A stretch of 64,000 nt of DNA from Octopus vulgaris (taxonomy: Eukaryota), in assembly GCA_951406725.2 (NCBI GenBank), contig OX597818.1, positions 3,596,001-3,660,000 of the forward strand, in the 5' to 3' direction. A model generated the notes under the pieces. That model did no database searches. It was not told the DNA's origin and saw only the letters and a list, made by a program, of their open reading frames with translations. The position numbers and the translations under genes were made by a program. This document shows positions 38,738 to 51,480 of the stretch, one piece after another (the stretch's first letter is position 1; each line of letters starts with the position of its first letter).

Positions 38738-41700
38738 TGTTACGGACGCAAGGAAAATGTAAGCGAACAAAAAAAAACAATATGCCCCTTGTTCCATTAA
38801 TTGGAATCGAACCGGCGCTCCAGTTGTTCAGGACAATGGTATTTCCTTTGTCCTTTCAAAGAGCACGATTATTAATGGCCCCATGCAGTGATCTATGGCC
38901 CCCACACGGTCACGGGACATGTGGTAAGGGTGGGCACGCGGGCGGAGATTGCCCGGCAGGAGAGAAGGAAAATGAAGGAAGTGTACCGGAGGAACTTTAT
39001 GTTGTTGAACCGATAGTGGTTGCCGGACCTGAAGTGGTTGTTGGACCCGAAGTGCTTGTTGAACCTGTAGTGGTTGCTAAATCTGAAGAGATTGCTGAGT
39101 CTGAGGTAGTTACTGTTCCGTGTCTTAATGGTTTAACATCTGGACCCTTGTCTCCCGGGACTCATGATGACTGTGTAGTGCCCATTGGGAAGAAGCCACA
39201 GGTGTCGATGGCTTGTCAACCGAACTTACGTTCCGGGAAGCCTTCGGTGCAGAAGGCGGTAAAGAGGACCAAGCCTGGTAACGAGGTGAGAGCGCTGCGG
39301 ACGATGGTAGTACCACCAAGATCAGGAAGACTGCTCCACTGTCGTGTGAGCTTTGTGTTTGATGGCTGCTTGGGGCTGGTGGATCCCGACAGGCAGTGCA
39401 CGGTGAAAGCTCGAGTGAGGGTCGGACGGACCCAGGTAGAGGCGGGAGCTGACAGAACGGTGGTTGGGTCAGCCAATTTCTCGGAAGTGGCACAAGCGAT
39501 TTGTAGAAGGCAAATCGAAGGACAGTGCTAGGTGGGGGACCAGCGGCGGGGTCAGTTGCGTCACTACAGGAGGGCAGTTGAAGGAGGTGGTGGTCTGCCT
39601 GTGCAGTTGCAGGAGCGGTCCGCAAGGAGTCGTCGGTGCTTGGATGGCACTCGGGTGTTGCGGATGAAGCAGCTGGTCGCGAGGTGTGCAGGACGTTGGA
39701 CGCGAGGTGTGCAGGATGTTGGTCGCACGGACCTGGTGGAGCGCTATATCGACCTGGGCGGCCATCGCTCGATGAAGCAGCGAGCTCGGAGAATGGTCCT
39801 AGTTCAGCGGCGGGAAATGAAGGGGTATCGACGATAGGGAGCAGTGAAAAGGCCGAGCGGTCCCTGATCGTCAGCAATTGTTGTGCAGAATGGAGACGGT
39901 ACAGCAAGATATGTGGGCTATAGAGCGCTGAGGAAGGTGACAGTGGAGGATTGGCCGGTTCCTACTGGTGCAAAAGAACTGAGAGCTCTGTTAGGACTGG
40001 GCACCCATTATAGGCGCCTCATAGGAAGCTTTGCGACGTTGGCTGCACCGTTACACAAGCTACATAGGGAAGATGCCGAATTATGGCCAGTGGTAGAGTG
40101 GTTGCAGCAGGAAGCAGCGAGACCATCTTGGGAGGAGGTATCCAGGCTCAGCCCTGAAACTGGGAACTATTGGGGCCAGTGGGATCTTCGTTTGAACGAC
40201 GGGTTGCTTGAGAGGCACTGGGAGGCACCCGATGGCCTCAATAAGTATTGGCAGTTGGTGGTACCCAAGAAGATGAAACTTGAGCTGCTGGAAGAAGCTC
40301 ACAGCCAGGTTGCAAGTGGACATCTGCAGGAGGGGCTGACTGGGGCACATCAACAGGTTGGAGAGGCTCTGAAATTTTCGGGTGAAGTGATGAAGCGTCG
40401 GCATGACACCAGGACTAGTGAGGTCTTCTCCGAAAATTGTGCAGGCGAACCGTCTGTGGAGGTACCACGGGTCTGGCCAGTTCAGCTGGAGCACGCCTTC
40501 AGAGGTTGGGCTCACCTGTTGAGAAGATCGTCTGGAGATACAACTGTAGTGTGCTTTTGTCGGATCGTCGAAAAGCCTAGGGAGGGAGTAGTGTTACGGA
40601 CGCGAGGAAAATGCAAACGAACAAAAAAAAACATTATGCCCCTTGTTCCATTAGTTGGAATCGAACCGGCGCTCCAGTTGTTCAGGACAATGGTATTTCC
40701 TTTGTCCTGTCAAAGAGCACGATTATTAATGGCCCGAGGCAGTGATCTATGGCCCCCATACGATCACGGAAAGTTTTTAAAAAATAAAAATGTTGGGAAG
40801 AGATGTACACACTGCTGTCATCGATATCTCTCTTCTTCTAGCTGCTGGCCGTTATAAATACAGCTAGCATTAAGTAAAGGTTTGAGTCGGCGAGAGTGAG
40901 TCAGTGAGAGAAAGACAGACGGTCAGTGAGTGGGAGAGAGACAGAACGAGAGGTAGCAAAGATGACAGTGGCAGACTGACAGACAGAGATGACAACGAGC
41001 TGCAGGCAAGTTGTTATAGTGGGAGTTTGTGAAGTTAAAAATTGTTGCGGATGCGAGTTAAGAAACAAATGTTCTGGTAATGTTGTTTTCTGTATGTTTT
41101 GAATTCTAATGTTTGAATGTAAATGTCTAAAAAGGAAGAAAAGAGACGATGTGCCGTTGAAATGAAAAAAAAAGAGAGAGGCTCTGACGTTACCGTTGAA
41201 AAGAAAAAAAGAGCGTGTTGTTGGCTGTTTTTAAAAGAAAAGAAAAAGAAGAAAAAAAAGAACTTGGAAATGTTTTTAAAAGGAGAAGGAACTTTTTGAG
41301 AACTGTTGATTGTGAACTTTGTGTTAAATGTAAAATGATGTGTTTTGAAAAATCGAACTGTGTTGTGTCAAATGTTAAATGATTTGTTTTTCGAACTCTG
41401 TATTATGTTTAAATGCAACTGATTTGTTCTTCGAACTCTGTACATGATCTGTTAACCTTTGTTGTGAATGCTTTGGTTTTGTTTTGAAATAAAATTGTTT
41501 GAATTACGCAATTCCGCTGTATGTCTCCTTTCTTTTGTTGTGTTGGTTCCTGGCTGCGTTCGCCGCCTTCCCCCCTTCCCGCCACAGGATGGAAAATGTA
41601 GTTGGCCAATAGATCGCAGATTTTGTTCCGCTCGACCGCAGAAGCTGTGGCCGCAGTGACAAGAAGCAAAGGAATTGCTAACTGTGATGTCCCAGACAAG

Positions 41701-41817
41701 ACTTGGGATTAACCCACTTTCGCTATCACCTGGTTGACTACAAGAGAAGCATAAACCTCTTCCGCGGTGGCATTTGACACATCTTCAGGCCCGCGGGTCT
41801 CACCTTCCAATGTAATA
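38738..41817 (+). mobile_element. Internally deleted Gypsy LTR retrotransposon
   Basis: Direct repeat starting TGTTACGGACG at 38738-38917 and 40592-40770, with PPT agggagggagtag before the second. Gag knuckle CGKGGHAGGDC, RT connection WPVPTGAKELRALLGL...YRR and integrase EAHS...GH. The right end of the 3' LTR is uncertain. Confidence 0.85.
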
Positions 41818-41829
41818 TCTGGCAATGTG

Positions 41830-44080
41830 ATATCTGGTTTCGAAACCAGATTGACTACATCATGATTCAAGGACGATGGAGGTCTGCACTCAAGAATGTA
41901 AGGACACGACCAGGGGCAGACTGCGGAAGCAATCATCAACTACTGTGTGCAACGATTAAGATCCGGATGAGGTCACGGCGAAAATAACACGGTACGACAT
42001 CACAAAGATCCCGGAGGCTTTCAGTGTCGAGATGCAGAATAGATTTCTACCGCTTCTCCAATCATACGATAACGGAGAGTGGAGATCAGATGCACTTAAG
42101 GAGAAAATGGTCAACATCACAAAGGAAGTTGCGGAGAGGAATATTCTCTGAAGAGGCCGTGGCTATCAGACGACACACCAGACGTCGCAAGAAGAAGGAG
42201 GAAAACAAAAGCAAGTGGAAACCATCAGAAATGGAGAGAACTTGACAAGCAGTGCAACAGACAGGCACTAGAGGACAAGAGGAACCATCTGGATCAGATA
42301 TGTTTGGAGACGGAAGATGCATCACAGAAAGGTGACATCAAGTCTGTTTTTCGTTTGGTGAAAGAATTGAGTAGAAAGAGGAAATGGACTCCACGTAGTG
42401 ACGTCATCAACGATAAAGAAGGTAACATCATGACAGAGGAAGAGGACATCAAAGCTAGGTGGAAGGAATAATACAGCACCGATTTGTACAGAAGGAGGCA
42501 GGAAGATCTCCCCGCTACACTCGCTGTAGCCGAAGACAGAGAACCGGAACCACTCAAAGAAGAAGTGAGGCAGTCGCTGTACAATACCAGGAATGGGAAG
42601 AGATTTGGCGTGGATGAACTTCCCATCGAGGTATGGAAGACGACGGGAGGTATTGGGATAGAACTGTTGTGGGGACTGTGTGTCAAGATCTGGAACGATG
42701 TGGAGTAGCCGATCGACTGGTGTCGTGCAGTCTTCGTACCAATACCAAAGAAAGGCAACCCACGCGAGTGCTCTAACCACCGAACCATCAGCCTTATTGT
42801 CCATGCAAGCAAGATCCTGCTGCGAATCTTCGTAGGTAGACTGCAGCAGAAATATAGCAGTGTCATCGCTGAGGAAAAAGCCGGCTTCGTCAAGGGCAGA
42901 GGAACAAGGGAACAGATAGTCAACATCAGGATGATGATCGAGAAGTTTAAGGAATGTAACATCCCACTTTACGTGTGTTTCATCGACTACTCTAAGGCCT
43001 TCGACTGTGTGAGACACAGCAAGCTGTGGGACGTCATGGTGGACATGGGATTTCCTGAACACTTAGTCGCACTGTTGGCGCGACTATATCAAGATCAACA
43101 GTCATTTGTCAGGACGTCCGTCGGTAACACTGAGTGGTTCGGCATTGAGAGGGGTGTCCGACAGGGATGTGTTTTGTCTCTATATCTGTACAACATCTAT
43201 GCAGAAAACATCATAAGAGCAGTGAAGGAGAACTATCACGGTGGTGTGCAGATTGGCGGAGAAAGGCTGTGCAATCTGAGATACGCCGATGACACAACTC
43301 TCATAAGTAACAGCAAGGACGAATTGCTGCACAAAGTGCATGAGTGCACAAAGTGACCTATTTCTGAATGTAAAGAAGATAAAGATCTTGGTGGTGGATA
43401 AGTACAGGACAGACCAAGGTGACTTCACTGTAGACGGAGGGATGATTCAGGAAGTGGATGATTTTGTGTACTTGGGATCCACAATCAGCACCAGTGGATC
43501 AAGTACACCAGAGATACGGAGAAAGCTCGCGATAGCGAGGCAAGCGGTACATGATATGGAGAACATCTGGAAGAGTCGTGGCGTGTCAATGCTGCTGAAG
43601 ATAAGGCTACTTCGGGCTGCCGCTTTCTCTATTGTGACGTACGGCTGCGAGTCGTGGACAATGTTGAAGGCAAACGAGAAAAGAGTGAGCGCTTTTGAAA
43701 TGTGGTGTCACCGCAGAATCCTTAGAGTGTCGTGGATGAAGAGAAGGACGAACAACTGGGTACTAGAAAAGCTCGGTTGCGAGATGACGCTTCGGTGAAA
43801 CATCATGAAGCGGAAGCAACGGTTCTTTGGTCACGTCATGCGCCGGGATGGACCTGAGCGAACGATCATAATTGGCAAGGTGAACGGCAGACGTAAAAGA
43901 GGTAGACCACCCACTTCTTGGCTGAAAGACATCGCAACCACGGGATTGTCTTTATTCTCAGCTGTCCATGGGGTACAGGACAGGAGAAGGTGGCAAGACA
44001 TCGTGATGATCACAGCATCACATAGTGATGATGATGTGATGGTAATATAATGATACTGACTAGGATGATGATGTGATGGT
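41830..44080 (+). mobile_element. RTE-clade LINE, 5'-truncated and frameshifted
   Basis: Endonuclease end RNQIDYIMI...ADCGSNH. RT motifs FIDYSKAFD, GVRQGCVLS, LRYADD, YGCESW. (GAT)n tail. Confidence 0.94.
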
Positions 44081-44369
44081 AATATAAAGCAAAGGTAGTA
44101 ATTCTTACATTCAATTTTGTTCTTGCGCTGGTAAATTCGCTGGGTAGAGGTTTGCTTGAAGTAGATTGGTTGGTTTCGTTGAGTTATTAGGGCGGGGTGA
44201 GTATTATTTAGGTGCGGGGTTCCTAGTTTAATTAAGCACATTTTTTTCGCACGTGTGTATTCACTTTTTTATATCCTATAATTAGTTGTAACCGGTGGTG
44301 TAGGTGAAGGGTGTAACTTATCATTGATGACTCATTAAATCGTTAAAATGTATACTTCAGAACAATTAT

Positions 44370-45740
44370 TTCCTATTTGATGACACCCACTATCGTCAAA
44401 AAATGCGGAATTGCGATGGAAATGAAAGTAGCCCCTGTTTTTGCGAACCTAATAATGGGTTATTTTGAATGCACCATATATGAACTGTCATTGCAAAAAT
44501 ATGATTATACATTTCACCATTATATAAGAGAAAACTGTTTTATCATTTGGAAGGAGACCATTGATAAACTTTAGGAATTAAAATCAACAATAAATTATAT
44601 AAACCGTAACATTCAATTCACAATGGGATATAGTAAAGAACAGCTCCCATTTTTGGATATTATGAGAAAAAATTATAACTGACATCTATCATAAACCAAC
44701 GGACTCAAAGCAATATCTCCTTTTTAGCTCATGCCACCTGAAACAATCAAAATAAACATGTCCTTTAATTTGGCAAAAAAATATTTGCGCAATAGTGTCT
44801 GATAGAATTACTCGAGACCTTCGTCTTCAAGACCCCAGAACAACACTAACTGAAAGACAATATCCACCCTCACTTATAGACGATGGAATTAAGCGTGCCA
44901 AGAAATTAGACATAAAAACACTAAGGACAACAAAACATAACACCACACCTCATCTCAAAACACTACTGTATGTATCAACTCACAACTCTAGAAACAATGA
45001 GGCATACAACACTATTGTGCAAAATCTTCCTTTACTAACTAGAGACCCCAAAATGAACAACATCCTGAAAGCACATAAATTCATCAAATGCAAAAAGCAA
45101 CACAAATCGCTAAAGAGACTTCTAACAAATGCGAGGCTTTACACAACAACCACGAAACCAACGGTTAAAAAATGTGAATACCCAAACAGTGGAACATGCC
45201 CCAACCGACTTGAAGGCTCGGATTACCTTTTCAAATCATGAGAGAGGTTCACAATTAAAACCAACTTCACTTGTGCCTCTGATAACGTAATTTATGTAAT
45301 AACCTGCTCGGGTTGTGGACATCACTATATAGGACAGACAAGTATGACATTGAGACGGAGAACCACTCTACATAAAGAGCAGATCCAGTTCCCGCAATAC
45401 AGACAGATTCCTTTAAGTGAACACATAGAGAGATGTGCAGGTAACATCAAACCAAATTTCACAGTTTTGCCCCTTCTACCAGTGCAAACATATACAATTT
45501 CTATGCAAGAACGTTTAAATAAAGAAACCATTTATTACTACCAGGTGCCCAGCACAAAAGACGAATTAGTCATGAAGCTGGCCTTAGCAAACATATTCTG
45601 TGTTTTGCTAGAAAGAAGCAGAAACCGCGGTACGAGTTGTTATAGTTATCGGTAAACGTTTTTGATTTTCACTCTCGATAAATTCATCCCCTTTTTGTGT
45701 TCCCAGCACTCGGCATCTTTATTTAGGAGCCCTTAATTGT
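44370..45740 (+). mobile_element. Decayed Penelope-like element (same group as 10001-12046)
   Basis: GIAMEMKVAPVFANLIMG (RT), RQYPPSLIDDGIKRA, NFTCASDNVIYVITCSGCGHHYIGQT, HKEQIQFPQYRQIPLSEH. Ends at (TA)n. Confidence 0.88.
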
Positions 45741-45744
45741 ATAT

Positions 45745-47330
45745 ATATATATAGTTGAAATTTACAGGAAAACAAAACGTGTATGAACAACAAGCAGGTG
45801 TATTAGTTTGACGCTCGGAAAAGTGAAAAAGTCTTTTACGTTTTGGGCTTACGCTCTTCAACAGAAAGGAATGAGAGGGAATAAAGAGAGAATAAAAAAC
45901 TTGGGGGTTTAGAGGGCAAGAGTGGTTAGAGAAAAAAAGCTTTGACAGAAGAGGTTGAAAGAAGAGGCGATAATAAAATATTCGTGACCTCAAAACGACG
46001 GTGCGCGTGCGTATGTGTGTACGTGAGAGTGTGTGCGTGGATAGAGGCTAGTGAGATTAACATGTGTGGATGTGTGCGTCTGTAACGTGTAGGTGTGTAG
46101 ATGTGCAGATGATGGTGTGTGATATGGGTGCTAAGTAGTCAGTGGCAGTGCGTGTGGAGTAGTGTAGGGTAGTGTGATGAAGTGTGGTGGTTTGGGGTGT
46201 AGTGTAGTGTGGTGTATGTGGGGAAGGGTATGGGGTAGGGATGTGAGTGTGGGGTGGAGATGTGGGGGTTATCAATGAAGAGAGAAGGTGTGTAGGAGTG
46301 AAGAGAGGAAGTAGATGTCCGATGAAGAGAGGAAGTTTCAGATGAAGCTAGGATAGGAGGGTAGTCAGATGGAGAGAGGATGGTAGTTAAGCCCATATGG
46401 TGCAAAGGAGCGAAGACAGAAGATTAATTTCTGTTCACGGTGAAAGCAGGAATATGGATGGCGCCTGTGCAAAGAAAATCTAAACGCAGACAGGTATTGT
46501 AATGAATGACCGGTAGAACGGAAATTGTTCGACACCGAGATTTCCTTGCCGACTCTGATTCTCGGCCCCTCAAACGCCTTTCGGTGACTCCAGTCCGATC
46601 TGTCCACCTTGCACATCTTCCCCAACATACCCCTTCCCTCCTTAAAACGAGCCCACAAACTGCGTGACCTCCTGCTCCACAGTTTCTTTCTAGCTCCACC
46701 TCCCGCCCACGCTACCGCACTTGCTCCTACCTCTCCAACATCACCATCCTTACAGACACCCATCATCGTCCCTATCATATCACTTTACCTGCACTTCTAG
46801 CAACATTATTTACTGCATCTCCTGTTCTTTCTGCATTTCTCTGTACACCAGCCAAACAGGACGCCGTTATATCAAGAATGAAGAGAAGTTTAGAGGGGCC
46901 AGGAGAGGAGATATAGTTGAAAAGACGGAGAACATAGTTAGTGTCTTGGATGTGGAAGGGGAGGGAAGCCACTAGGGGGTGCAAGGACACGGTCGATGTA
47001 TTCAGATATCAAATCCGCGGGGCAGCTACAGACGGAGGCGATGGGGCGGCTAGGGTTGTTGGGTTTGTGGATTTTGAGAAGGAAGCAAACTGTGGGGGTG
47101 CGTGAAATGCGGACAATGAGTTTGGAGTTGGTGGGAAGCAGACGGAAGGAGGAGATGAGGCTATAGATAATGGAAGACACAGTCTACTGGTAGGTAGCTA
47201 GGCGTGGGTTGGAGGGCAGAGGGCACTAGAAGGAGGTAGCTTTAAGTTGGCGGTGAGCTTCAGCCATGTAGAGGTCTGCGCGCCATACGTCTCCACCCTT
47301 GTCGGCGGGTTTCATGATGATGTCATTGGA
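45745..47330 (-). mobile_element. Rearranged Neptune-type Penelope-like element with pLTR and internal inversion
   Basis: Minus RT (KPADKG...WRADLY, KIHKPNNPSRPI, LDI) and minus GIY-YIG end (REQKLIFCLRSFAP). Segment ~46560-46866 (LKRAHKLRDLL, FTCTSSNIIYCISC) lies on plus. The pLTR at 45755-45950 is an inverted homologue of 51570-51750. Confidence 0.85.
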
Positions 47331-47340
47331 GACATCGATA

Positions 47341-47385
47341 TCTGTGTATCGCGATTTCCGGGTTATTTCCCTTCATCAACACAGA
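47341..47385 (-). ncRNA. Minimal type I hammerhead motif (C3 to U variant)
   Basis: Minus strand: TCTGTG TTGATGA a GGG aaataa CCC g GAAA TCGCGA TA CACAGA, with perfect 6-bp stem I and palindromic stem III. Confidence 0.7.
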
Positions 47386-47611
47386 ATAATTGTTCGGCTA
47401 GAGGTTGACTCTTTATTACGATAAAAATATCATACATAGAGGGGACAACACAAGGCATGTGGGGACATATAACAATTAAAATAAAATTATGAAAATATGG
47501 ATGATACATGATAAGGATATATGAAGAATGTGCCACTTACACCACCTCAGCAGTATAATCATCGACCTTTCATATCCAATTAAAGTTAATGCCGTATAGG
47601 CCCATTATTTT

Positions 47612-48796
47612 ATGAGTTGTAGCTGTAATTCAAAGGGGCTAGCCTTGTCACATTCAGTGTGAGGCTGAATCTCCCTGAGAACTACCTTATGGTATGCATG
47701 TCTGTGGAGTACACATTAATTTTACGAGCAGACTGTTCCGTTGATCAGATAAACAGGAATCTATTCCGTCCGGTACTTCATTTATGTCGAATACCATTTG
47801 TCTGCATTTTGAGCTTTCCTTACAGTCTCTTATTATTTTCATTCTGTGTCCTGGCACAATTGCGCCTAAAACTATTTTTTCTTTTTTCATTCCCTTCATG
47901 TCTATCACTTTTACATCTTTCCATTGCACTAACTGATCTACCACATCCTTTTTTCACCTTTTAATAAGGCGCTAACAAAACAAGTGGGAAGGTCGTTTTG
48001 CAGTTTTTTTGTGTGACTGCTGGGTGGGTTTGGTATCTGCAGGGAGAGGGTGGGGTTGAGAGGGTATGGGTGGGGTAGGTACGGGCTGTGGTTCACTGAA
48101 GCTGTCCTTTTCCCTCTGTTTTCTTCCCGTATCTTGCCATCCATCTTCCTCATTTCTTTCTTCTATCCTTTCCAGTTCTTTCTCTGCTCTTTCCTGGTTG
48201 GCTTATTTTCAGAGGGCAGTCCACTCTAATTCTGCCCTCTGATTCTGCCCTCTAGCCACACTTACATCATTATTTCTCCAACTGTCACCGTTTCCGCGAG
48301 CAACTCTAAGTTTTCCACTTTACTCTGTATTATTAGTTCCAAAATTAGTGGTTGGAAGAAAACGAAATTACATCCTATGTAGGGGCAGGAAAATTTTCTT
48401 GGTCGTTAGGGTCTCTATGGATGTTAATCCGGTCCTAACACCAGCATTTGTGGGTCTCAAAGATCCAGAGGCTGTTGTTATCAAACTGAGCGTAAGTCGT
48501 GGGCGAATACACGACGAAATAGCAATTATTTCGTCTTGGCTTTCACTGCTTATATTAAACACATGACATTTTTGCCTTACAATATGGAACATTTCCTTTT
48601 CTTTCACTCTTTTTAAAAAATGGTTGAAAGTCGGTTACGACGACGAGGTTCCTGTTTATCTGATCAACGGAACAGTCTGCTCGTAAAATTAATGTGTACT
48701 CCACAGACATGCATACCATAAGGTAGTTCTCAGGGAGATTCAGCCTCACACTGAATGTGACAAGGCTAGCCCCTTTGAATTACAGCTACAACTCAT
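47612..48796. repeat. ~150-bp nearly identical inverted repeat (SINE-body sequence) with ~880-bp spacer
   Basis: 47612-47762 is the reverse complement of 48646-48796. Both arms give the same 35-aa pseudo-ORF MRLNLPENYLMVC...QINRNL. Confidence 0.9.
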
Positions 48797-48879
48797 TTTT
48801 GCCAGCTGAGTGGACTGCAGCAAAGTGAAGTAGATTACTTTGCTCAAGAACACAAATGATGGGAAGTGTTTTTTTGATA

Positions 48880-51480
48880 ACAATAATATGTATACAATTG
48901 TTTAGAATTGTTTTTAAGTGTCTGTTCTTATGTATTGGTTGTGGTTGGGTGTATATTTAATTGCGGTTTATACCTGTGGTTTATTCAGTCTTTGTTGTTC
49001 ATTGAAGGAATCTGAGCTCTTGTAAAGAGGATATATTTTGAAATTTGGAAAGGCCATTCCTGCACAGGTTGCAATGTGACTACTTAGAGGAATTATCCTC
49101 GTGCTTTTGTCTCGGATCTGTTGGCGATGGGTTGTCATTCTGTTGTGCAACGATCCGCCCATCTGACCTATGTAACTATTGCATGTGATTACGTAGATCA
49201 GGCTTTCCATGCTGAAGGTGAGATTGGACTTAACTTTGAAGGCTTGGCCATCTTTGAATTAAAATTCTGGCTCCTCAATTAGGTAACGGCAGGTGCCGCA
49301 GTTTAATCTTCTGCATTTTTGACAGTTGGGTCGGGGGTTTCTTTGTGCGTTTTTGCTCCAGTGAGAATGAGTTTTAGTGTTTTGCGTTGCCTTTTGCTTT
49401 TAATGATTTGTTGTTTTTCTAAAGTTTTCTTCATTTTTTCACCTGAAATAAGATGGGAAGCTTTTTGTGGATGTGATCAAATATTTCGGTGTTCCTGTAA
49501 TTGAAGGTTGACACGAATGGTAAGACATTTTTCCTTCTTTTGTTTTTTTGTTTTCCTAAGTTCATCGATATTCATTTGTTTCGCCTTGTTTATTCCAGGA
49601 GGGAAGGCTCTTTAGATAAGTGTGTCTTTCAGTTCCGGTAGTCTTTGTTCACGTTTGGGTGGTTCTGATACTATGGTACAAATGCGTTTTGTCAGGCTGA
49701 AGGAAATGTTGAGTTTGGTGTGTTTCAGGTGACATGATGTGAAAAGAAGGTACTGTTTGGGATCGGTGAGTTTGTAGAATATACCCGTTTCTATTTTCCC
49801 ATCTTGGTTTTTATTAGGATATCCAGAAAGGCAAGTTTTGTGGGGTTAAACCCCATTATGAATTGGATGTTATCGCTGAGGCTGTTTAACATGTTTTTAA
49901 ATTCAGTTAACTGAGATTGGTTGTAGAGTTTTTGTTCGTGGAGTCCCATGACTAAATTGGCTACTTTCATACCCATCGCCGTTCCTGATATTTGACGGTA
50001 ATCCGAACCGTTGAAGGTAAAAAAGTTGTTTTCAAGTATGAATCTGAGTTCAACAATGATGAATTCTTTTTCTATGCGTGTTGAAAGTTTAGATTAATAA
50101 GTGACTAACCAGTATTGGATTGCAGTTATTCTATAATCATGGGGAATGTTGGTGTATATCCTGACAACATCAAATGAAGTAAACATTTATGTTTATTTAC
50201 CGTTTTTGGCAGATGATTTAACATGCCTTGGTCATCTCGTATGTAGCTCTGTATATGTTTTAGGAATGGTTTTAGGAGGATGTCTAAGAAGTTGCCGAAT
50301 CTGTGTTTCACATGCCGGGCCTGCTATGAGGTTTGCTGTATGTATTTGATTGCTGAGGATTTACAGGCATTACTTATCCTTTTATATTTATGGATTTTAG
50401 GTAAACCATAAAAGTCGCTTGTTTTGCATTTGAAGTGTCATAAATAGTCAATTTCTTTGCTGGTTAAGCCTTTGTTATATTTCTTTAAAAGAGTTTTGAG
50501 GGTTTTCCATTACATTTGACTTTTTGTTGTGGGTTGCTTTTTCATAATAGCTGTTTCCCTCTTACATTGTGAGTGCTAGTTCTTTATAGTAATTTGTGTT
50601 CATGATGACGACAGTGCTCCCTTTATCTGCTTTTTTGATAGTTATATCCATATTTTCTTGTAAGTCCAGTAAGTTCTTCTATTCATGCTTTGTAAAGTTT
50701 CATTTAATGTTTCTATGTTCAATTTTTCAATAGAGGAGTTCATAACGTATTCAAATTAGGAGTCCAGTGCTGTATTTAACCCTTAATTTGGGCAAAAGTT
50801 GCTTTTGTCTCTGGCCAGTGATTCGTCCTCATCATTTGAGTTGTTGGTGGAGTATTCGGCTAGCCTAAGTTTTCGGCAGAAGTCTGCAATGCCATTTTTC
50901 AGTTCGAGTAAGTCCCTTACTTAGAATTTCTATTTGGGTGTCAGTTAATGGTTTTTTTGAAAGGTTAATTACCTTTGGTTTCTCGTGTATGTGTGTGGGG
51001 GGGAGGGTTAGGTGTGTTGTGTTTGATGGTCTGATTGTTTCTGTAGGGTTTCGTGTTTTGTTCTTTTTTATGAAGGAGTTAGCTGTGGTGTGTATTTTTT
51101 AAAATTCCTCTCCATATTTTTAGGACTACTCTACCTGGATTCACACTTTTGCCATCGTTGAAGAGATGTTCATAGTCTTGTTTCCAGAGTTTTTGGAGGT
51201 GTTGTAAGTTGGTTCCCTCAGATTATTTGGTACAATCTTCTTCTATTTGTTGATCAATGTCTTTGATTTTCTTGTTCATTTGTTGTGGCTCTTAATTTTA
51301 AGAGTTCAATTTCCATGTTTATTCTATTGAGAGACATTTGTTCCTGCAGTTTTCTTTGTTGTTCTGGCTCATTAGTAATGGATTTTATTTGAAATTTTCA
51401 GGATGAGATTAGTGGGGTGGACTTTAACCATTTCTCATAGATTCCAGCTTTGTTTAAGTTTCTCACCATGTTCCAAAATG
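48880..51480 (-). mobile_element. Decayed, nearly full-length Penelope-like element (Naiad-like)
   Basis: Minus remnants KKADKGSTVVIM, FLDILLKPFLKHIQSYIRDD, GTAMG, YLLFTSCH, KCRRLNCGTC and LIYVITC...YIGQ...HRQQI. Confidence 0.88.

Noticed and set aside
45239-45241. In-frame TGA in a Naiad-like PLE as possible selenocysteine (some Naiads encode selenoproteins)
   Set aside because: It aligns with Gly (KEGQKF in the 10307 copy), not a conserved Cys. Knuckle and GIY-YIG cysteines in the copies examined use TGT/TGC, and this copy has many other lesions.
45570-45640. Hammerhead after the + strand Naiad-like ORF (gaaa ccgcgg ta)
   Set aside because: Only the GAAA and palindromic stem III are evident. 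No acceptable CUGANGA box or stem I could be fitted.
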